Source: the human T2T-CHM13v2.0 reference genome, Homo sapiens
Direction: 5' to 3' (one strand)
Length of the DNA: 64,000 bases
Assembly (NCBI RefSeq): GCF_009914755.1
Contig: NC_060931.1
How positions within the stretch are numbered: the stretch's first letter is position 1; each line of letters begins with the position of its first letter. Positions 55,697-64,000 of this stretch are shown here, piece by piece. The position numbers were made by a program, and so were the translations under genes. The notes beneath the pieces are model-generated. The model had not been told where the DNA came from. It saw only the letters and a program-made list of their open reading frames with translations, and searched no databases.

Positions 55697-56976
55697 TCCA
55701 AATGAACACTGAATCAAGAAAAAAGCAACTTCAAAATGGTAGGAAAACTGGGTTATTTTACTTGCCCTTGCCCCACAACCTTCCATGGTTCAGTGGGAAC
55801 CTTGAAGATGGCAGCCCACATTCCCAGTGTGGTTTCTGGTATTGAAGGCAGCAGAGCAGACCTTATTCTCAAAGCATTTTGTTTTCCCGTTCTCAGCTGC
55901 CTGAGGGCTGCCAAAAGAACTGATACAGGGCAGCTGCCTTTGTTTCACCTAACCCAGAACTCACACAGGGCAGAAAAGTGGCTACACAGAGGGTATTCCT
56001 TGAAAACACTGTAAATCAAATGCATACCCTGCTGATGCCTAGGCAAAAGATTACAGTTGAGGCAAACTATAGGTGTGCTGACAGCATGGGAGAAGAAGCT
56101 GTGGAGAGTTTCTATGGGAAATTTGGGTACTGAAATTCGGACCTGCCCTTGTGTACTATGGAATTTCAGTAGCCATGCACATGCTGAGTGCAGAGCACAT
56201 TCTCAGAATAGACCTGAGAAAGGATGCTGAGCTTTCATCTGTGGCTCCTCTCCATCCTCCCTGCAGGCAGGGAGTAAAGCCTAGGGCAAAGCTGTACACA
56301 GACTGGGCCGGGTGCGGTGGCTCACGCCTGTAATCCCAGCACTTTGGGAGGCTGAGGCGGGTAGATCACTTGAGGCCAGGAGTTTGAGACCAGCCTGGCC
56401 AACATAGTGAAACCCCGTCTCTACTAAAAAATACAAAAGTAAGCCGGGTGTGGTGGAAAATTAGCCAGGTGTGGTGACACAAGCCTGTAATCCCTGCTAC
56501 TCAGGATGCTCAGGCAGAGAATCACTTGAACCTGGGAGGCAGAGGCTGCAGTGAGCCAAGATCGTGCCATTGTACTTCAGCCTAGGCGACAGGGCAAGAC
56601 TCCACCTCAAAAAAATAAATAAAAAGTTGTACACAGACTGGCTAAGCCCTGAAGGACTGCTCCAGTGCCCCAGCACAGTGGCAATCCACAAAGATGGAAA
56701 GAGCTGGGTTTTTCTTTTTTTTTTTTTTTTTTTTACCTTTGGCATCTGGCATTCAAGGAAATCTCTGTTAAAACACTAGTTGAACACAAGCTAACGGCAG
56801 AGAGACTTTCAGAGACCGCACATGTAAAAGAAGACACACTTTGCAAAAATGTTTAGAAAGTCACTGAACAAACAGCTACAGCCCACAGCAAAAGCAAACC
56901 CAGGGGTGGTGGGGAGGATAAAATAATTTCCAGTTACCCCATTATAATACTCAAAATGTCTGATTTCCTTTTTTGA

Positions 56977-57081
<105 letters not shown>

Positions 57082-57510
57082 TGAGTAGCTGGGATTATAG
57101 GGGCATGCTACCATGTCTGACTGTTTTTGGATTTTTAGTAGAGATGGGATTTCACCATGTTGGCCAGACTGGTCCTGAACTTCTGACCTCAGGCAATCTG
57201 CCCACCTCGGCCTCCCAAAAGTGCTGGGATTACAGGCGTGAGGCACCACGCCTGGACTCTTTTTTTCTTTTTAATTTTACTTTTTCTTTTTTTGGGGAAA
57301 AGGGATTAGAGGTGTGAGTCACTGTGCCTGACTCCAATTTTCAAAAAAAAATTACAAACCATGCAGTGACATTAAGAGAGTACAGCCCATTCACAAAAGA
57401 AACAAATTGTCTTTAAGGAAGCACAGACATTGAAAGTACTAGACAAAGACTTTAAATCAGCTGTCTGAAATCTGCTCAAAAAGCTAAAAGAAACGATGAA
57501 TAAAGAGTTA

Positions 57511-57874
<364 letters not shown>

Positions 57875-57930
57875 TTATTATAGACAAACTAAAGCTTAGA
57901 GAAAAAAAGAAAGGAAAAAAATAGAAATTA

Positions 57931-58171
<241 letters not shown>

Positions 58172-58305
58172 TCACCAGACTATTTCGAATTCATTAGAGC
58201 AGATGGAAGAGAGAGTCATTGAACACATGAAGACAGGTAGATGAAACTATCCTGTCTACAGTTCTTTTTTTTTTTTTTGGATGGAGTTTCACTCTTGTTG
58301 TCTAA

Positions 58306-58567
<262 letters not shown>

Positions 58568-58757
58568 TAACACTTTAAAATGGTATGTGGACTGGGTGTG
58601 GTGGCTCATGCCTATAATCCCAGCACCTTGGGAGGCTGAGGTAGGAGGATCGCTTGAGACCTGGAGTTCAAGACCAGTCTGGCAACACAGTGAGATCCCA
58701 TCTCTACAAAAAAAAAAATAAAAAAGTAGCCTGAGTCCGGCCTGGCACAGTGGCTCA

Positions 58758-59051
<294 letters not shown>

Positions 59052-59761
59052 CTACTCAGGATGAGGTGGGAGGATTGCTTGAGCCCAGGAATTCAAGGCT
59101 GCAGAGAGCTATACTCACACCACTGCACTCCAGCACAGGCAACAGAGTGACACCCTGTCTCAAAAAAAAAAAAAAAAAAAAAAAAAAAAGGTGTGTGACT
59201 TTCGCCTCAATTAAAAAAAATAAAACATATAAAAACCTGTCAGCTGGGCATGGTGGTGCATACCTGTAGTCCCAAGTATTTGAGAGACTGTGGTGGGAGG
59301 ATTCCTGGAGCCCAGGAGTTTGAGGCTTCAATGAGCTGTGATTGCACCACTGCAGTCTGACCTGGGCAACAAAGGGAGATGCCATCTCTTAAAAAAAAAA
59401 CGTCAAATCCTGTGAGATGCAGCCAAAGTAAACTTTAGGTAAATTCATAGCCCTAAATGCTTAGAGAAGAAGCAATAAAAAAAAAAAAAATCTTAAGAAT
59501 CTGAGCTTCCATTTTAAGAAACTAGAAAAAGAAGAGCAAAATAACCACAAAACAAGCAGAAAGAAGGAAATAGAATTAATATAAGAGCAGGCTGGGAGGG
59601 GTGGCTCACACCTCTAGTCCCAACACTTTGGGAGGCTGAGGTGGGCAGATCTCTTAAGGCCAGGAGTTCAACACCAGCCTGGCCAACATGGTAAACCTCC
59701 ATCTCTACTAAAAATACAAAAATTAGCCAGGCGTGATTGCATGTGCCTATAATCCTAGTTA

Positions 59762-59911
<150 letters not shown>

Positions 59912-60269
59912 TCAGTGAAGTTAAAATAGAAACATTTAAAAAATCAATTAAACCAAATGTTGGCTCTTCGAAAAGATCAATTAAAAATAAGAAATCCCTA
60001 GCCAGACTAATCAAAGAAAAAAAAAAAGCAAAGAGAGAGGATGCAAATGACCAGCATCAGGAATAAAAGGGAGGCTATTAGCACAGACCCTGCATGCATC
60101 AAAATGAGATTAAATATTACAAACAAATCTAGGCACCCAGCTCTCACCCTCATTTTTTATAAGTGGGAAAAAGACCCAGAGATCAAATGACTCACTCAAA
60201 ATGACAGTCAATGACAGAGCAGGGCCTGGGGCCTTAGGACTGATTATCCAAATGCCATCAGAGAACGAG

Positions 60270-60410
60270 CTAAATCAGAAGCACCTAGTGAGCTTTTAAA
60301 AAATAATTCTCCAGGGCACAACCCCTGAGATTCTGATTCAGTAGGTTTTGGAGTGATGCCTAATATTCTGAAAATGCCAAAAGCTCAACAGATGGTTCTC
60401 TTGCTTGGCC
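60270..60410. mobile_element. MER5A-like hAT DNA transposon remnant
   Basis: cccctgagattctgattcagtagg motif; highly diverged. Confidence 0.45.
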
Positions 60411-60578
60411 AGTTTTAGAAAATGCAGTGTCCCATATTACCACCTTCACTCATATGACGACTGTAGAGAAAATCAAAAAATCTGGTGCTCAAGTATGTTT
60501 AAATTTAATGTAAAGCACCGGGCGTGGTGGCTCACGCCTGTAATCCCAGCACTTTGGGAGGCTGAGGTGGGTGGATCA

Positions 60579-60947
<369 letters not shown>

Positions 60948-61090
60948 TCAAATACACATTTATTTGTCAAATATTTGCTGGGTACCACTCTGTGCTAGGT
61001 ATTGGGGATACAGTCATTTGCATCACAAAGTCCCTGCTCAGTGTAATAAGCACTCATTGAGCACCTACCTATGTGTGAGGAACTGTGCTA

Positions 61091-61291
<201 letters not shown>

Positions 61292-61391
61292 TCAGGGGCT
61301 GAGGCCGGAGAATTGCTTGAACTGAGGAGGCAGAAGTTGCAGTGAGCTGAGATGGCACAACTGCACCCCAACCTGGGCAACAGAGACTCTG

Positions 61392-61426
<35 letters not shown>

Positions 61427-61606
61427 AAAGAAAAAGAAACGCAGAAACACAAAATAAAACTGAGCCTCTCCTCTCAAAGAACTCACCCACTCCAGTCGGA
61501 GACAAACTATACAACGCCTTCCCAGGTATCTCATCCCGTTTCTTAAGTCCAAATTCTGTTTCCACATTGAAGACTCCAGCTTTTTTTTTTTTTTTTTTTT
61601 TTTTGA

Positions 61607-61708
<102 letters not shown>

Positions 61709-61751
61709 TGAGTACCTGGGATTACATGCGCCCACCACCACACCTGGCTAA

Positions 61752-61880
<129 letters not shown>

Positions 61881-61996
61881 TGACTGACTCCAGCATTTTT
61901 ATCTTCATCTCAATCTCATCCCTAAACTCAAAACCAACATATGCAACTGCCTACTTGATGTTTCCATTTGGATATCTAACTAACACCTCAAACTTA

Positions 61997-62104
<108 letters not shown>

Positions 62105-63689
62105 TTAGTGAGACCCCATCTGTCTATTTATTTTTAAAACATTAAAAATTGTTTTCAAAGAAAAAAATAAACCTAACACGTGCAAGACCAAATTCCCAAT
62201 TTCGCACTCTCCCACCAAACTGGTTTCTCCCGCAGTCTTTGCCAACTCAATAAATAACAACTCCATTCTTAAAGTTCACGTAACAAAAATCCTGGAGTCA
62301 TCCTTGACTCCTCTCTTTCTCTTACACACTGCATGCAAAGCATCTGCAAATCTTTTGGGTCTACTTTCTTTTTTTTTTTTTTCCTAGACAGGGTCTTGCT
62401 CTGTTGCCCAGGCTGGAGTGCAGTGGCGTGATCACAGCTCACTGCAGCCATGACTTCCCAGGCTAAAGCGATTCTCTCACCTCAGCCTCCCAAGTCCCTG
62501 GGACTACAGGCATGCACTACCAAACCCAGCTAATTTTTTATTTTTTTAGAGACAGGGTCTTGCTATGTTTCCCAGGCTAGCCTTGATCTCCTGGGCTCAA
62601 GTGATCCTCCTGCCTTGGCCTCCCAAAGTGCTCAGATTACAGGCCTGAGCCACCACACCTGGCCAGGTCTACTTTCAAAATACATCCTGCATGTGACCAC
62701 TTCTATCTGCAGCTGCCTCTCTCATCCATACCTCTGGCTTGTTTTGCCTGGAGTGCTGCCTTATAACCAGGACCCCTGTTTTGACCAGAGTTCTCCTATG
62801 AACTGTTCTCAACAGAGAGGCCAGAGAGATCTTTTTAAAAACACTAAGTTGAATCTCATTAGTCCTCTGTTCAACCTGCAAAGATTCCCATTTTATTCAG
62901 AGTAAAAGACAATCCTTATGATCCTCACCAAGGCATGACATGACTCCCTACTCCCTCTTGGATCTCAACTCTCTCCACCTTTGCCTTTGCTGAACTTCGC
63001 TCCAGCCTCATTGGCTTTTTCTGCTGTTCTAAACATGCCATGCATACTCCTCTCTGGAATGCTGTTCCTTTGGAGGTAAGCATGGCTGTCTCTCCACCTC
63101 CTTCAGCTCTCTAAGTATCTTATCAGTGAGTCCTTTCTCAACCACCTTATAAAAAGTAATCACTTCCCACTCCCAAGGAACTTTTTTCCCCTCACAGTAA
63201 TTGTCACCATTTGACACATATATTTTATTTGGTTTATTATTGTTACTTTTTGAGACAGTGTCTTGCTCTGTTGCCCAGGATGGAGTACAGTGGCACAATC
63301 TCGGCTCACTGCAACCTTAGCCTCCCAGGTTCAAGCTATTTCTGGCTAATTTTTGTATTTTTAGTAGAGACGGGGTTTCGCCATGTTACCCAGGCTGGTC
63401 TCGAACTCCTGACCTCGGCCTCCCAAAGTGCTAGGGTTACAGGCATGAGCCACCACGCCCGGCCTTGACACATATATTTTAGTGTCCATCTTTTCCTGCA
63501 ATAAAGTGTATAATTATTAGGGTAACGTGTTCAGTTCACTGTCTTATTCCCAGTGCTTAACAGTGGCAGGCAAATAGTTAATGATCAGTACATATTTTGT
63601 GAATGAATGTGACATGTTCTAATAGAAGTAGGAAATGAACACTTCGTGGGATGGGTAAACAGTGGGAGTCATGGCCAAAAATAGTTTAG

Positions 63690-63983
<294 letters not shown>

Positions 63984-64000
63984 TGACCTCCTGGGCTCAA

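Overview
Human (hominoid) genomic DNA matching the 7q11.23 segmental-duplication block that holds NSUN5P1 and POM121C; the locus assignment comes from recalled protein sequences, not from a database search. On the + strand, about 3.6-10.1 kb is a 10-exon unprocessed copy of the rRNA m5C methyltransferase NSUN5. It has an intact CpG/ETS promoter and intact splice sites, frameshifts confined to exons 2-6, and an open 3' half. On the - strand, 13 coding exons between 35995 and 12080 splice by hand to 3690 nt, or 1229 aa: the transmembrane FG-nucleoporin POM121C. An internal ATG at 34776 gives a 987-aa form without the TM segment. The two genes end tail-to-tail at an apparent bidirectional poly(A) site near 10045-10089. 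The rest, especially 36.3-64 kb, is dense Alu, L1 and LTR sequence with no gene I can support. I found no wholly new biological system. The best leads are the shared terminator, the preserved catalytic half of the pseudogene, a HERV-K LTR5A nested in an Alu, a polyadenylated LTR fragment retroposed into a piggyBac MITE, a 32-bp VNTR, and a candidate rearrangement junction next to a CTCF motif.
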